Shown here one piece after another: positions 21,234 through 32,589 of a DNA stretch of 64,000 nt (position 1 is the first letter of the stretch; the number at the start of each line of letters is the position of its first letter). Where the stretch lies: NCBI GenBank assembly GCA_963666975.2, contig CAXVYR010000003.1, positions 768,001-832,000 on the forward strand. Direction: 5' to 3'. The DNA is from Terriglobia bacterium (GTDB lineage Bacteria > Acidobacteriota > Terriglobia > 2-12-FULL-54-10). The notes under the pieces were generated by a model, which searched no databases, had not been told where the DNA came from, and was given only the letters and a program-made list of their open reading frames with translations. A program made the translations under genes and the position numbers.

Positions 21234-23063
21234 ATGGGGAGACTCACGTTTTACAGGTTCGCTTTTATCCTCTTTCTTCTTTTCGGGATCATTTCCATTC
21301 CTGCTGCTGTCCAAGCACAGCAGCCGGCCATCCTGGTGATCGAAGGGGGCACGCTGATAGATGGCAATGGAGGAGAACCCCTACGGGATGCTTTGGTCAT
21401 CCTACGGGGAAACAGGATCGAGACTGTGTCTCAAAAAGGGCAAGCGAGCTACCCGGCCGGTGCCCGGGTCCTTCGGGCCGATGGCAAGTTCATCCTTCCC
21501 GGCTTGATGGACGCGCACGTTCACTCCGCTGACTGGTTAGCGGAACTGTTCCTTGCCCACGGTGTGACGTCGATCTTCGACATCGGCGCTGGAAGCCAGT
21601 TGCAATTGGTCCGGCGCGAGGCGGTTGCGCGAGGGAAGATCCCTGGTCCTAGAATCTTTGCGGCGCTGGAGAGTTTGCTGGCTCCTGTGGGGCAAGGACA
21701 CGCAGTGTTTGGTCGCGAAGGGCGCCAGGAGCTGATGACGGTTGAGAAAGCGGTAGAAGTCGTCAAGCGCGCTATTGCCGCCGGCGCCGATCTGTTTAAT
21801 ATACACCGTGGACTCACGCTAGATGTCTGGAAGGCAACCATCGAGGAGGCCCATAAAGCAGGCTTGCCCGTGGTGGCCCAGCCGCTAGGACCCACCCTGT
21901 ATGCGAGGGAAGCGATCTTGGCTGGGGCCGACATCTTGGAGCATGCTGCGGGAATAGGGTACTCGATTGTCAAAGATCCTTCCCAGTGGGAGAGGCACGG
22001 CGAGATCGAAATCCAGGTGATCGACCCGACTCCTTTTGTCGATATGGATCAGGAGAAGGCCGCGGATTTGATCCAACTGATGGTGGAGCGAAATGTCTAT
22101 GTGGAACCGGACCTGATCGCCATAGGGCGAGGAATCTTCGACAAGCGCGAGGAGTGGAAAGCGGAGGATCAGCGGCTCATGGCAGACCCCAATCTCGCCT
22201 ATATTCCGGCGATGGCTCGTGGTAAGTGGATGGCGAACTACGGGGAGTTTGACTATCTGGAGCCTGCCGAATGGGATCGGAGAAAGAGAGGGTTCCAAAA
22301 CATGCAGCGATTTATCGGACAGTTCGTGCGGGCGGGGGGAAAGGTGATGACCGGGACGGATACCTCTGGCAACGGGGGCTGGAACGTGACTGGCATCGGG
22401 TTGCATCGCGAGATGGAACTGTTTATCGAATCGGGCCTGACCCCGATGCAGGCCATCATGGCGGCGACACGCAATGTAGCCGAGGGATACCGGGTGCTGG
22501 ACCGACTGGGAACCATCGAGGTGGGGAAGCTGGCGGATTTGATGGTCGTCAATGCCGACCCTTTACAAGACATCCGAAACACGCAAAAGATCGAGTGGGT
22601 GATCAAGGACGGTAAGGTGATCGATCGAACTTATCATCCGTCGTTTAAGGGTACTTTCACGGCCGCCGGGGTGGAAGCGCTAGAGTGGGTCGAAGCCCTT
22701 AAGCAAGTAACCCTGCAAGGGGTTCCGAGGTCCGGATTAGCGGATCCCACATGGGCCTTTGGGCAGCCCTGTCCGGGGATCGAATACATCTCTCCAAGCA
22801 TGGTGACGGAAGGGGATCCGACCCTGACCCTCACGATTCAGGGAGTGAACTTCACGCCCCAATCGCAGGTCTATTTTGACGGCGAGCCTGTGCCCACCCA
22901 ACTGGTGAGCGCAACGGAGCTGCGAGCCACTATAGACGCGGGTCTCATCCGACGGGCTAGGACATTTCCCATCACGGTGCAAAATCCGGGTCCGCCTTTT
23001 TTCCAACCGCAATGGGGGTCAACCTCTAACCGTGCTCACCTCCTGGTCAATTTTAGATACTAG
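21234..23063 (+). CDS. Secreted amidohydrolase with C-terminal IPT/TIG domain
   Basis: Start at MGRLTFY after GGAGG; signal peptide AVQA-Q; PGLMDAHVH, EHAAG, GTD, GKLADLMVV; tail IEYISPS..LTIQGVNFTPQSQV. Confidence 0.85.
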   Translation: MGRLTFYRFAFILFLLFGIISIPAAVQAQQPAILVIEGGTLIDGNGGEPLRDALVILRGNRIETVSQKGQASYPAGARVLRADGKFILPGLMDAHVHSADWLAELFLAHGVTSIFDIGAGSQLQLVRREAVARGKIPGPRIFAALESLLAPVGQGHAVFGREGRQELMTVEKAVEVVKRAIAAGADLFNIHRGLTLDVWKATIEEAHKAGLPVVAQPLGPTLYAREAILAGADILEHAAGIGYSIVKDPSQWERHGEIEIQVIDPTPFVDMDQEKAADLIQLMVERNVYVEPDLIAIGRGIFDKREEWKAEDQRLMADPNLAYIPAMARGKWMANYGEFDYLEPAEWDRRKRGFQNMQRFIGQFVRAGGKVMTGTDTSGNGGWNVTGIGLHREMELFIESGLTPMQAIMAATRNVAEGYRVLDRLGTIEVGKLADLMVVNADPLQDIRNTQKIEWVIKDGKVIDRTYHPSFKGTFTAAGVEALEWVEALKQVTLQGVPRSGLADPTWAFGQPCPGIEYISPSMVTEGDPTLTLTIQGVNFTPQSQVYFDGEPVPTQLVSATELRATIDAGLIRRARTFPITVQNPGPPFFQPQWGSTSNRAHLLVNFRY

Positions 23064-23287
23064 AGCATTTTTCAAATTGGTGTATAGAGGGGGACTGGGA
23101 TCTGCGTCAGGGCACGGTTTTAACCGTGCCGAAAAAAGCAGGGGGGTAGAGCGGCTTTAGCCGCTGAGGTTCATATGTTTCTATCGGGTCCCGTCAGGGG
23201 TTAAAACCCCTGACGGCTGGCCTCGTTGCGGCACGACTGAAGTCGTGCCCTGACGAACCCCTATACATCAATCCGTAAAATGCTGTA
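23062..23287. repeat. MITE-like element with multiple REP-type hairpins
   Basis: Ends agcatttt..tgtatag / ctataca..aaaatgct. Hairpins ggcacggttttaaccgtgcc, gcggctttagccgc, gtcaggggttaaaacccctgac and ggcacgactgaagtcgtgcc. Confidence 0.65.
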
Positions 23288-23451
23288 AGCAAGCGTTGTA
23301 CTCGGTGGAGGAGTCAGGGTTTCAAGAAGGGGATGCACCCTGAGAACCCAGCCTCAAAAAGGGGAGTCCCCGCAGGAGATGGAACAATGACTAGAAAAAG
23401 ATCAAGGTTGGTGCTTCGGGTAGTGGTTGCCAACCTCTTTTTTATTTTTTG

Positions 23452-24215
23452 GGTGCTTCCGCAATCAAAGGTTGTTAAGCAGCCCCTGAAATCGGCGAGT
23501 CTTCCCGGCCGGGCGAATTCTCGTGGAAGATGAACACACAGACGGTCCTGACCAAGCACAAAAAGTTTGGGACGGACGTGAAGACATCGCGGAACGTCAG
23601 CCGCTTTTGGGTCAGGCCTGCCTGCATCGCCGGGGTTTTGACTTCGTGTCCAAACTGCAGAGCACGATGAGGCCTGAGAAAGTTGTCATGGCGTCGCAGC
23701 AGCTCGAGATGATCTTCCAGCCGCCGAGAACGCCGAGCGTGACTGAGGGTCCGACGCCCGAGGTAGGCAGGGCCCTGCCGGATGGTCAGGTTCAAACGTT
23801 CGATGTAGGAAGTATTTAGCTTCCGCGAATTCTCCGAGGCGCGCCACACCTCATTCCAACGCCAAGCCGCACCAAACCTTGCTTTCTGCTGCACTCTGAC
23901 CACGGGATTATTCTTTCGTTTCTTGATGACTTGGCGGTGATAGATTGTGCCACTGTTCCTGCAGAAGGTCCTGCGGCACATCTTGCATCGAAACCGGCGG
24001 CGTTTGCCCCAGCGGGTTGGGTAAAAATCAAAACAAACGATCATTTCCCAAGAAGGGTTTGTTCGCAGTAGACACTTTTCGTTTGGACAGCGGAGATTCT
24101 TCACGGCACTTGAACCCGTTCGTCAGCAGATCTGGCGACTTCAAAAATAGGTCTTAAACCATACCACACGAACGGGTTACAAACGCCCCCAACAACAATT
24201 GTCTGCGGACGCACC
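23452..24215 (-). mobile_element. IS1-family element, internally deleted (ORF 23475..24104)
   Basis: Zn ribbon CPNEKC..CKMC is fused directly to the C-terminal NTSYIERLN region. Imperfect IRs GGTGCTTCCGCAATC (23452) and GTCTGCGGACGCACC (24201-24215). Confidence 0.7.
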
Positions 24216-24320
24216 TCCTGGCTTTGGAACTCGACGCAGCGGGGGAGTCGCAGAAAGACCGGCGCCATCCCGATTTCTCTCACCAGTCTCAGAGATTGCC
24301 TGGCTCGCAGTTACAGATGG

Positions 24321-26234
24321 TTATTGGCACGGATGGCCGCAAGTCACCGGAGGTGGAGGACCCCACCCTTCAGGAACTCTGCCCTCATCCCAGGTGGAGG
24401 CTCCCACCGGGCTCATGCCGACCTCCCTGGCCATCTGAGAAGTCAAGTGGACCGTCTTGCCGCCAACCACCGTCATCAACACCTGGGTCGTTGGAATCTG
24501 GTCCTCTGGAATGGTCAGTAAATCCTTGTTCAGGACGATGAAATCAGCAAACTTGCCAGGCTCCAACGAGCCCAGTAAATTCTCCCGCAACATGTAGTGG
24601 CCGCCCCATTGGGTCAGCGCTTTGAGCTGGACAATCCGATCCGTTCGCTCACCAGGTCCATAAACCATCTGATCTCGGTCGTTATACCGGTTCATCCCTT
24701 TCAGGATGAAGAAAAACGACTTGAAAGGTATCGGCCGGTCAATCTCAGAAGTGTTCATGACTTCAGCGTCCCACAAACGCTTCCGCGGAACTACCCAATT
24801 GGTGTACTCCAGCCCAAATCGCTTCGCGATTCGCGAGGCACCCCGGTGAGTCTCATATAAAATCGTGTTCAACTGGCTGACCATCATGCCCAGGTTCTTG
24901 ATGCGAGGTATCTGTTCCGGCCGGGGAGCTCCCGCGCTATGATCAAAGGCATGCCGCTTCGCGCGGATCTCTTCCAGCGTCAGCCCAGCCCGTTGGCTTC
25001 CTTCTTCAATCGCATCCATCACGTAGTCAATTCCTTTGTCGCCCGATGTATGCATTGTGGCAAATCGGAGGCCGGATTCAGCGATCGCTACATTCTGGTC
25101 CCATCCAGGTGTGCCGGGCGCATTACGGCATCCCACGCCACCCTGCTGCGGGGTCTCCCCCTGTTGCTCCGCCCACTCAGCTCTCTCTGGAACCGAGAAG
25201 CATCCGCCACTAGAACCAAAAGCCCCGACAAACCATAAGTGGTCTGTCCCGTGTCCTTGCATGCCAGCCAACAATCGCAACGTGTTCACGTCCCAAACAT
25301 GCCCCCGATAAGAATACCCAAACCGCGACGGCATCTCCCCTCTGGCATCTAGCAGATGTAATGCGTGCAGGTTACCAAAAGCATAGGGAGCCGAACCGAA
25401 GGTTGTGGTTCCATAGCTGGCCCAAATTTCCATCTCTGCTTTGAGCACCTGGGCCAGCAAGTCCGTCCTACCACGAAAGAATGCATCCGGCTCCATGGGC
25501 CGATTAAAGCCAGGCCCCCCCCTTATTTCGCTTGCGTTTATGACATCTTCCAGTCTGGGATGGACCTTCTGCAACTCGTCGAGGGCCATTTGGTTTACGT
25601 AAGCGGTAATGAATCCATTTTTCACCTTCACAGGGTTGTTTGGGGCCAACTGGTCAAGCCATTCTTTCGAGAAGGAGTTTCTAAACAGAGGTTGCATCTC
25701 CTCGGCCCATTCCTCATCCGGCCCCCAATTAAAGCTCAACAGGATAGGCTGGCCCGGCCTGGCTTTCCCAACCGCTTCCTGAAGCATAGGCTCGAACCTA
25801 GCCAACTGTTCCTTGGGCGGGAGGTCAGGCATCCACCGGTGGACCAAGAAGTCATCATTCGGGAGCACATGAGTCAGAGCCCGAGGTTCCTGGAAGGCCC
25901 AGTCCGTTGGGTGCTCGTGCGTCAGGATAAAGCTCGGGAATATCGTTCGTCCTTTCACATCAATCTGCTTGGTCTGCGGGCCTGCCAGCGCCCGCATGTC
26001 CGCACTCGTTCCCATCGCAAGAATCTTGTCGTCCCGGATCGCCATCGCCTGCACAATCGTCCCCACGTTGGACGTGAAGGAATCATCATCCATGGTCACA
26101 ATCTTTCCGTTGTAAACAACTGTCTGCGGATACGCGCCTAGGCGCGCCGCTATGTCTGCGTTCTGGGCCCATCCCCAAACACTGCACAACATAATTGCTG
26201 ACAATATTTTCACATTCACGCCTGCTGTTCTCAT
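24321..26234 (-). CDS. Secreted amidohydrolase (Amidohydro_3/YtcJ-like)
   Basis: Signal peptide WGWA-Q; YNGKIVTMD, THEH, MHTSGD, AFDH, GSLEPGKFADFIVL. Confidence 0.9.
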   Translation of the reverse strand: MRTAGVNVKILSAIMLCSVWGWAQNADIAARLGAYPQTVVYNGKIVTMDDDSFTSNVGTIVQAMAIRDDKILAMGTSADMRALAGPQTKQIDVKGRTIFPSFILTHEHPTDWAFQEPRALTHVLPNDDFLVHRWMPDLPPKEQLARFEPMLQEAVGKARPGQPILLSFNWGPDEEWAEEMQPLFRNSFSKEWLDQLAPNNPVKVKNGFITAYVNQMALDELQKVHPRLEDVINASEIRGGPGFNRPMEPDAFFRGRTDLLAQVLKAEMEIWASYGTTTFGSAPYAFGNLHALHLLDARGEMPSRFGYSYRGHVWDVNTLRLLAGMQGHGTDHLWFVGAFGSSGGCFSVPERAEWAEQQGETPQQGGVGCRNAPGTPGWDQNVAIAESGLRFATMHTSGDKGIDYVMDAIEEGSQRAGLTLEEIRAKRHAFDHSAGAPRPEQIPRIKNLGMMVSQLNTILYETHRGASRIAKRFGLEYTNWVVPRKRLWDAEVMNTSEIDRPIPFKSFFFILKGMNRYNDRDQMVYGPGERTDRIVQLKALTQWGGHYMLRENLLGSLEPGKFADFIVLNKDLLTIPEDQIPTTQVLMTVVGGKTVHLTSQMAREVGMSPVGASTWDEGRVPEGWGPPPPVTCGHPCQ

Positions 26235-26309
26235 GATTCCCCCTTTTTTTGGAAGCCGAAATGTACAACAATATCTTGGCGGCATCACTCTCCTTCGCCA
26301 GGCCGGTTC

Positions 26310-26560
26310 CCCAATCTGCTGCCTTTCCACCCACCACTGTCATGGGCACCAGGGTATGTGGCATTTCTGTCTCTGGGATCTTCAGGAATCCCGATCCAGG
26401 ACGATGAAATCAACATACGCGCCAAACCCCGGCATCCCCAGATGTTCTCCCCCCATCACGTAATGGCTGCGTTAACGCCTTCAACTGAACGATTCGGTCG
26501 GTTGCTCCTCCCGTCATTATACCGATATATCCGCTTAGGTGATCAAGAAAACATCTCCTG
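26310..26560 (-). pseudogene. Decayed 3' end of another Amidohydro_3 paralog
   Basis: Fragments TDRIVQLKALTQ, DFIVLDRD and PMTVVGGK lie in shifting frames. Confidence 0.7.
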
Positions 26561-26772
26561 TGGGATCTCTGCAAGTGCCCAATTTTCAAATAGAAACACA
26601 AACTTTTCTTATGCCCCAACTCGCTGCTTGATAGAGAAAGCCCTTGTGCTCCACCAACGGCTTCACACTGGGTCTTCCCACCGGACGCGGTAACAGTTCG
26701 GCAATATCCCGTTCCAGGCTATCGTTCGCGGGTATAAGCTTGCCGGCGAAAATTCATAAAGGAAATCCGGGA

Positions 26773-27777
26773 TTAAACGTTCATATAGTGTTTCATCCAG
26801 TGTTCGGCCATGTCAACGTACCGTGCAACCCAGACATCCTGGAATTTCCTGACGTGGTCGAAAAACCGTTCATGCACACCGATCCGGTCGGGAATGCAGG
26901 AGCGCATGGGATGAATCCCATAGGTCAAAGCTCCAGGATATTCTTCTTGTCCGAGTTTATAATAGGAATCAAAAAAATCTTTGACAAATGCAAAAGATTC
27001 CTGTCCGCTCCTGAAACCTTTCAGGCTGCCCGTTTCTGGGAAAACAGCGAAATCGTTGCTGGTCATGGTGCGGTGAGGAATCACCACGATTTTCTTGCCA
27101 TTGCGGGTTTTAATGCCATAGGGCAAATCATCCCCCTTCAAATCCCCATGCCAGATGTATCCTTCCTCTGCCAGGATTGCCGGAGTCTTGTCGGTGCACT
27201 TTGCGCCGGGATTGATCCAACCCGCCGGACGCTGCCCGACTACCTTCTGAATGACCGCTGTCGCCCTTTGAATCTCCCGTCGCTCCTCTGCCTCCGATAG
27301 ATGGGTGGTCGGCACGCCCTGATCGTAACTGCGAGCAACGATTTCGTGCCCTTTGCTGTGAAGCTCGCGAAACAGGTCTGGGTACCGTTCTATCATTCCC
27401 GCATTGGGGAAAATAGAAGCCTTGATGCCGAATTTGTCCAGCAGTTTGATCGCCCGCCAGATGCCCACGGTAAAGACGTATTGGTCCTGCTCCGACTCCA
27501 GCGAAAGATCCCTCTTGTAAGTTGCTCGTGAATCTTGCAACGGCCGATTCGTGTTCCATTCCGATGTTACGTATACATGCAGGCATAGAGGGCCATTATT
27601 CGGCCATCGGATTCTTCCGGCCCTCTCTCGATAGGGAATTCTAATTTCTTCAAAGGGCCAGTCCGGCCATGGTCCTGAAGTGCCACCCTGTAGCTGGGTC
27701 TGTCCGCCGACCCTCCGGATTGAGGCCATCACGGCTCCCGCCGCTGCAAACGCTCTGAAAAAGTTTCTCCGTTCCAT
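26773..27777 (-). CDS. Tat-exported polysaccharide deacetylase / PuuE-like protein (CE4 fold)
   Basis: Twin-arginine ERRNFF; RWPNNG, VGIWRAIKLLDKFGIKAS, GHEIVAR, GWINPG, DDLPY, GIHP. Confidence 0.85.
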   Translation of the reverse strand: MERRNFFRAFAAAGAVMASIRRVGGQTQLQGGTSGPWPDWPFEEIRIPYRERAGRIRWPNNGPLCLHVYVTSEWNTNRPLQDSRATYKRDLSLESEQDQYVFTVGIWRAIKLLDKFGIKASIFPNAGMIERYPDLFRELHSKGHEIVARSYDQGVPTTHLSEAEERREIQRATAVIQKVVGQRPAGWINPGAKCTDKTPAILAEEGYIWHGDLKGDDLPYGIKTRNGKKIVVIPHRTMTSNDFAVFPETGSLKGFRSGQESFAFVKDFFDSYYKLGQEEYPGALTYGIHPMRSCIPDRIGVHERFFDHVRKFQDVWVARYVDMAEHWMKHYMNV

Positions 27778-28148
27778 AATTTCCTCCCCAGTTCACCTAA
27801 ATCGGAATTTCCGTTTTGAAGGCTACTTTTCCCGCATCCTACACCAACCACTCTCTTGTAACCAGTTCAGATCACCTTGGCCGTAGCGTTGCGGTTCATT
27901 CTGCCCATTCCGCCGGCCTTCTTTGGTCTCTTTGCCGCCTCCAATCAGCCTCGCAGAAATTGGAATACAGGGAGCATCACACCCTGGCTTGTCTCTTGCT
28001 GACAGGGAGGGTTTTCAGACCATCGCTGGAGCACCGGACTTGAAACCACGCGCACAGGCGAAACCCACAAGACCTCTGCTGCTTCTGCGGTCCTATTCGA
28101 CAAGGACAAGAAGGTCCTCGGGAAGGCTCCTTAAACGTGAATCAAAAC

Positions 28149-28456
28149 TTATTTCGCTTCTTGTAGGTGTTCCAAGAATGAGCGGCCTACGATATCGGGG
28201 TCGGATTCGATTTCCTGGGTCTGAATGTCGGTGAGATAGTGATCGTAAACTGTGGCCCGCTCGTGGGCCAAGGGTGTGGCGCAATAGCAAGTTTCGCACA
28301 TTCGATCATTCCCGGTGCGACGATCCTGGCCCTCCGCATCGACGCCAAGATTTCTTTCCCGTCTGGCTTTTGCCCGGCAATGGTGCCGTCACTCAGTTTC
28401 TTGAAGAAGTCTCCTTTTTTCTCCTCGATGAAATTGGCTCTAATCAAGTAACGCAT
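28149..28456 (-). pseudogene. Small conserved-looking protein broken by a 1-bp frameshift near 28298
   Basis: MRYLIRA..KLSDGTIAGQKPDGKEILASMRRARIVAPGMIE continues in another frame as CETCYCATPLAHERATVYDHYLTDI..QEAK-TAA(28149). Confidence 0.6.
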
Positions 28457-28742
28457 GAAAAACTTCCTCGTCCTTGTCCTTCACAATCCCGGTCGGTGTC
28501 ATCTTTGCCAATCGTAGGAGGCAAGGCCGCCTCCCAGCAGTCCTCGGTTCGCCCTTGTTCACCCGCATGATTGGAACTGTTGCGAAGAGATTACACGAGG
28601 GGAGAGGGGAAAGCAATTGGGTCAGCCCCGGAGCCTTTGCACCCAAAGACGAAAAGAGATTGAACCGATAACGGGGGAGCGTATACTTTGTACTCGAAGC
28701 TTCTGGATTAACCTGCTAACAATCGTCGAGGGGAGGGGGATC

Positions 28743-30620
28743 ATGAAAAAGCAATGGGTTTTGGGATTGGCGGTAATGATGTGGGTAAGCTGGGCTGGAC
28801 AGGACCTCCTGCGGGCTCAACAAGCACCGGACACCATTCTCTACAATGGAAAGATCGTGACCGTGGACAACCATGAGGTCAACTCGGACTTGGGAACCAT
28901 CGCTGAGGCGATTGCGATCCGGGATGGAGAGATCGTCGCCGTGGGAAGCAACTCCCAGGTTCGTCGTCTGGCAGGTAGTAACACCCAATCCATTGACCTG
29001 ATGGGGAGAATGGTTGCTCCGGGCTTCGGTGCCACGCACGATCATCCGCCGGACTGGGACCCGCTGAATACGTATATCGTAAAGAAAGTGGTCACCGATG
29101 ATATCCATATAGAGCGGTTTTTGGAGGACCCCCCCGATCAGCAATTGGAACAGTTTCCCCGGGTTCTAGAGGAGGCGGTCCTCAAGGCCCAGCCGGGCCA
29201 ATGGATTCGGATTAGCATGTTGTTTGGGAAAGAATATCGGTGGCGTGACCAGATTATACCGATGTTGGGGCAGCAAATTAACAAGCAGATGCTGGATCTG
29301 GCCGCTCCTAATAATCCGGTTGTGGTTCGCGCTGGTTTTGTCGGAATGTTGGTAAATCAGAGAGCGATTGCCGAAGTAAAAAAGTACTACGGGGACCAAT
29401 GGAACGAGTTCCTCTACCCACTATTAGGAGACCAGGGTGGTGCTCCGACGAATTTTGATGAAAGAGGCTTCTGCGCCGTCTGCTATCGTTACGTGGAACA
29501 AGACGTGCTCTACTCACCGGAAGTGTTGCGGGAAATCTACCGCCTGGGGTTGTCCTGGATGGGAGGGTATGGGGTCACCCTCAACGGAACGTCGCTGTAC
29601 ACAGGTGGTGCGATTCGCGCCTACAACACCCTGGATCGCCGGGGGCAGATGGCTATTCGCTTTGCTTGGGGCTACTACTGGCCGTTTCGCAACGACTTCT
29701 TTGCGGACCCCTATTTTGTGCAGGCAGCCGTCAGCCGGGAAAGAACGGGCTCGAATTATTTCTGGAATACAGGCATGACTTCGATGATGGGAACGGGCTG
29801 CAGCGAGCTGCCCGGCACTTCACCGGAGGTCAAGCAACGGGAACCCAAGTGCAGATTTGACAATCCGCAGAATAGGGCTATTGAGGCTCTCTATGAATAC
29901 GTCAAGGCGGGAGGGCGGCTGACCGGGGATCACATGACGGGAGATAAGGACGTTGATATCCTCCTGGACACCATCGAGAGGGCGAGCAAAGATGCCGGCA
30001 TGACGCTGGAGGAGATTCGTTCCAAGCGCCATGTGACCGAACACATGGCCATGTATCCTCGGCCGGATCAAATCCCGCGGTTCAAAAAACTGGGCATGAT
30101 GACCAGTGGATGGGACTTCTATATTTGGGAAGGAAGCGGGCAGCAGATCCTGCGGGATTACGGCGAGCGGGGCGCGATGCAGGTGGTTCCTCGCAAGAGT
30201 CTCTATGAAGCGGGCATCATGAACAGCGTCGAGATTGACCGGCCCATTGGATACACCGACCTGACCTACTTCCAGGTTCTTTATTCTGGAATTACCCGAA
30301 AGGATCAGAACGGGATGGTGACTGCACCGCAGCAGGGAGTGGATCGGCGAGCGATGTTGAAGTCGGCGACGCTCTGGGGGGCCTATGGGACGTTGCGGGA
30401 AGATGTGCTGGGGTCGCTGGAGCCGGGCAAATGGGCGGACCTGATTGTGCTCGATAAGGACTACCTGACAGTTCCGGTGGAGGAGATTCCCAAGCTGCGG
30501 GTTTTGATGACCATGGTGGGCGGCAAGGTGGTACACCTGGTTCCGTCTCTGGCCCGCGAAATCGGGATGCAACCGACCGGGGCCCAGGTAGAACTGGGCG
30601 GACCGGCGGCGCAGTGGTAA
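28743..30620 (+). CDS. Secreted amidohydrolase (Amidohydro_3/YtcJ-like)
   Basis: Start MKKQWVLG after GGAGG; THDH, DHMTGD, TEH, EIDRP, GSLEPGKWADLIVL. Confidence 0.9.
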   Translation: MKKQWVLGLAVMMWVSWAGQDLLRAQQAPDTILYNGKIVTVDNHEVNSDLGTIAEAIAIRDGEIVAVGSNSQVRRLAGSNTQSIDLMGRMVAPGFGATHDHPPDWDPLNTYIVKKVVTDDIHIERFLEDPPDQQLEQFPRVLEEAVLKAQPGQWIRISMLFGKEYRWRDQIIPMLGQQINKQMLDLAAPNNPVVVRAGFVGMLVNQRAIAEVKKYYGDQWNEFLYPLLGDQGGAPTNFDERGFCAVCYRYVEQDVLYSPEVLREIYRLGLSWMGGYGVTLNGTSLYTGGAIRAYNTLDRRGQMAIRFAWGYYWPFRNDFFADPYFVQAAVSRERTGSNYFWNTGMTSMMGTGCSELPGTSPEVKQREPKCRFDNPQNRAIEALYEYVKAGGRLTGDHMTGDKDVDILLDTIERASKDAGMTLEEIRSKRHVTEHMAMYPRPDQIPRFKKLGMMTSGWDFYIWEGSGQQILRDYGERGAMQVVPRKSLYEAGIMNSVEIDRPIGYTDLTYFQVLYSGITRKDQNGMVTAPQQGVDRRAMLKSATLWGAYGTLREDVLGSLEPGKWADLIVLDKDYLTVPVEEIPKLRVLMTMVGGKVVHLVPSLAREIGMQPTGAQVELGGPAAQW

Positions 30621-30678
30621 TTATTTCACGGATCCGTCCAGGATTCCTGATCCATTTCTTGCTGATGAGGTAAACGAG

Positions 30679-32589
30679 ATGAGAAAAGCATCGACGATAG
30701 GTTTGATAGCGATTCTGTGCGCTGCTTGGGGATGGGCTCAGCAGGTAGATGTGGCTGCCAGGTTGGGCTATCCCCAGATGATTGTTTATAACGGCAAGAT
30801 CGTCACGATGGATGACGCCTCGTTTGAGTCCCGTGTGGGGACGATTGCGCAGGCCATGGCGATCCGGGACGGGAAGATACTGGAGATGGGGACCAATGCG
30901 GAGGTGCAGGCATTGGCAGGGCCGCAAACGAAGCAGATTGATCTGAAGGGCAGGACGGTGCTGCCGAGCTTCATCATGACCCACGAGCATCCCACGGATT
31001 GGGCCTTTCAGGAACCAAGGGCCATTACTCACGTCCTACCCAACGACGATGTGATTATCCATCGCTGGCTGCCGAATCTGCCGCCCAAGGAACAGTTGGC
31101 GCTATTTGAGCCGGCGTTTCAGGAAGCCCTCTCCAAGGCGAAGCCAGGACAATGGATTCTGCTCAGCTTCAACTGGGGACCGGAGTATGAATGGGCGATG
31201 GAGATGGGGGCGCTGTTTAAAAAGAGCATCACCAAGGAATGGCTCGATCAGTTGGCTCCTAACAACCCGGTAAAGGTGAAAAATGGGTTTATTACCTCTG
31301 TGGTAAATCAGAAGGCCATTGACGAGCTGCGCTCGGTCCATCCCACGCTTTCCGTGATGACGGGCAACGCAGGGGAACAGAGTGCCGAGCAATTTTTGCA
31401 AACGGGCGGTGGCTTCAGCCGGCCGATAGAACCGGATGCAATGTTCAAGGGTAAGACGCCGCTGCTGGCTGAACTTCTCAAGGCCGAAATGGAGTTGTGG
31501 GTGAGCTACGGGATCACGACCTACGGTTCCTCTCCCTATGCCTATCACAACTACCAGGCGCTGGATTACCTGGACAAGAAGGGGGAAATGCCAGCCCGCT
31601 TCGCATGGGGCTACACGGGGCCCGACTGGAGCACCGATATCTTGCGGTACCTGTCCGGCATGGTGGGACACGGCACCGACCATCTCTGGCTGGTGGGAGC
31701 GTGGGCGGCGGTCGGCAGTTCTTGCATGAGCGTGCCTGTGAGACCGGAGTGGGAACAACTGAGTGAGCAATTCACCGGGTCCACATGGGTAGGGGACATC
31801 GAGAGGTGCAGCTTCACTCCCGGCGCATGGGGAAGGGAGATTCTGGAACGGATACTCGAGAGCGGCATGCGGGTAGCGACGATGCATACGGGAGGGGACA
31901 AGGATATTGACTATTACATGGACGCGATCGAGGAGGTGGGCAAGAAAGCCGGATTTACTCTGGAGCAAATCCGCGCCAAGCGGCATGCCTTTGACCACGG
32001 TGATGGTGCTCCACGACCAGATCAGCTTCCGCGCATTAAGAACCTGGGGATGATGGTAAGCCAACGGAACACGAATCTGTGGGAGACGTACCGCGGCGCG
32101 TCGGTGATTGCCAAGCAGTATGGAATCGAGTACACCAATTGGACGGTGCCGCGCAGGAGTCTGACGGAGGCAGGCATCATGAGCACGTTTGAGATCGACC
32201 GGCCTCTTCCGCACAAGGTGTTCTTCTTTATTACAAAGGGGATGAATCGGTACAACGACCGGGACCAGATGGTCTATGGGCCTGGGGAGAGGACGGATCG
32301 GATTATCCAGTTGAAGGCCCTGACCGTATGGGGCGGATACTACGTGCTGCGGGAGGACCTGCTGGGGACGCTGGGGCCGGGGAAGTTTGCGGATTTCATT
32401 TTGCTAGATCGGGATTTCCTGACGATCCCGGAAGCAGATATTCCGAAGATAGAGGTGCTGATGACGGTGGTCGGCGGAAAGACGGTGCATTTGAATGCGG
32501 CGCTGGCAAGCGAGATCGGGATGCAGCCAGTGGGCGCAAGCACCTGGACAGAGCCGATCCCGGAAGGATGGGAACCAAAGGCTTATTGA
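30679..32589 (+). CDS. Secreted amidohydrolase (Amidohydro_3/YtcJ-like)
   Basis: Signal peptide WGWA-Q; THEH, MHTGGD, AFDH, EIDRP, GKFADFILL. Confidence 0.9.
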   Translation: MRKASTIGLIAILCAAWGWAQQVDVAARLGYPQMIVYNGKIVTMDDASFESRVGTIAQAMAIRDGKILEMGTNAEVQALAGPQTKQIDLKGRTVLPSFIMTHEHPTDWAFQEPRAITHVLPNDDVIIHRWLPNLPPKEQLALFEPAFQEALSKAKPGQWILLSFNWGPEYEWAMEMGALFKKSITKEWLDQLAPNNPVKVKNGFITSVVNQKAIDELRSVHPTLSVMTGNAGEQSAEQFLQTGGGFSRPIEPDAMFKGKTPLLAELLKAEMELWVSYGITTYGSSPYAYHNYQALDYLDKKGEMPARFAWGYTGPDWSTDILRYLSGMVGHGTDHLWLVGAWAAVGSSCMSVPVRPEWEQLSEQFTGSTWVGDIERCSFTPGAWGREILERILESGMRVATMHTGGDKDIDYYMDAIEEVGKKAGFTLEQIRAKRHAFDHGDGAPRPDQLPRIKNLGMMVSQRNTNLWETYRGASVIAKQYGIEYTNWTVPRRSLTEAGIMSTFEIDRPLPHKVFFFITKGMNRYNDRDQMVYGPGERTDRIIQLKALTVWGGYYVLREDLLGTLGPGKFADFILLDRDFLTIPEADIPKIEVLMTVVGGKTVHLNAALASEIGMQPVGASTWTEPIPEGWEPKAY

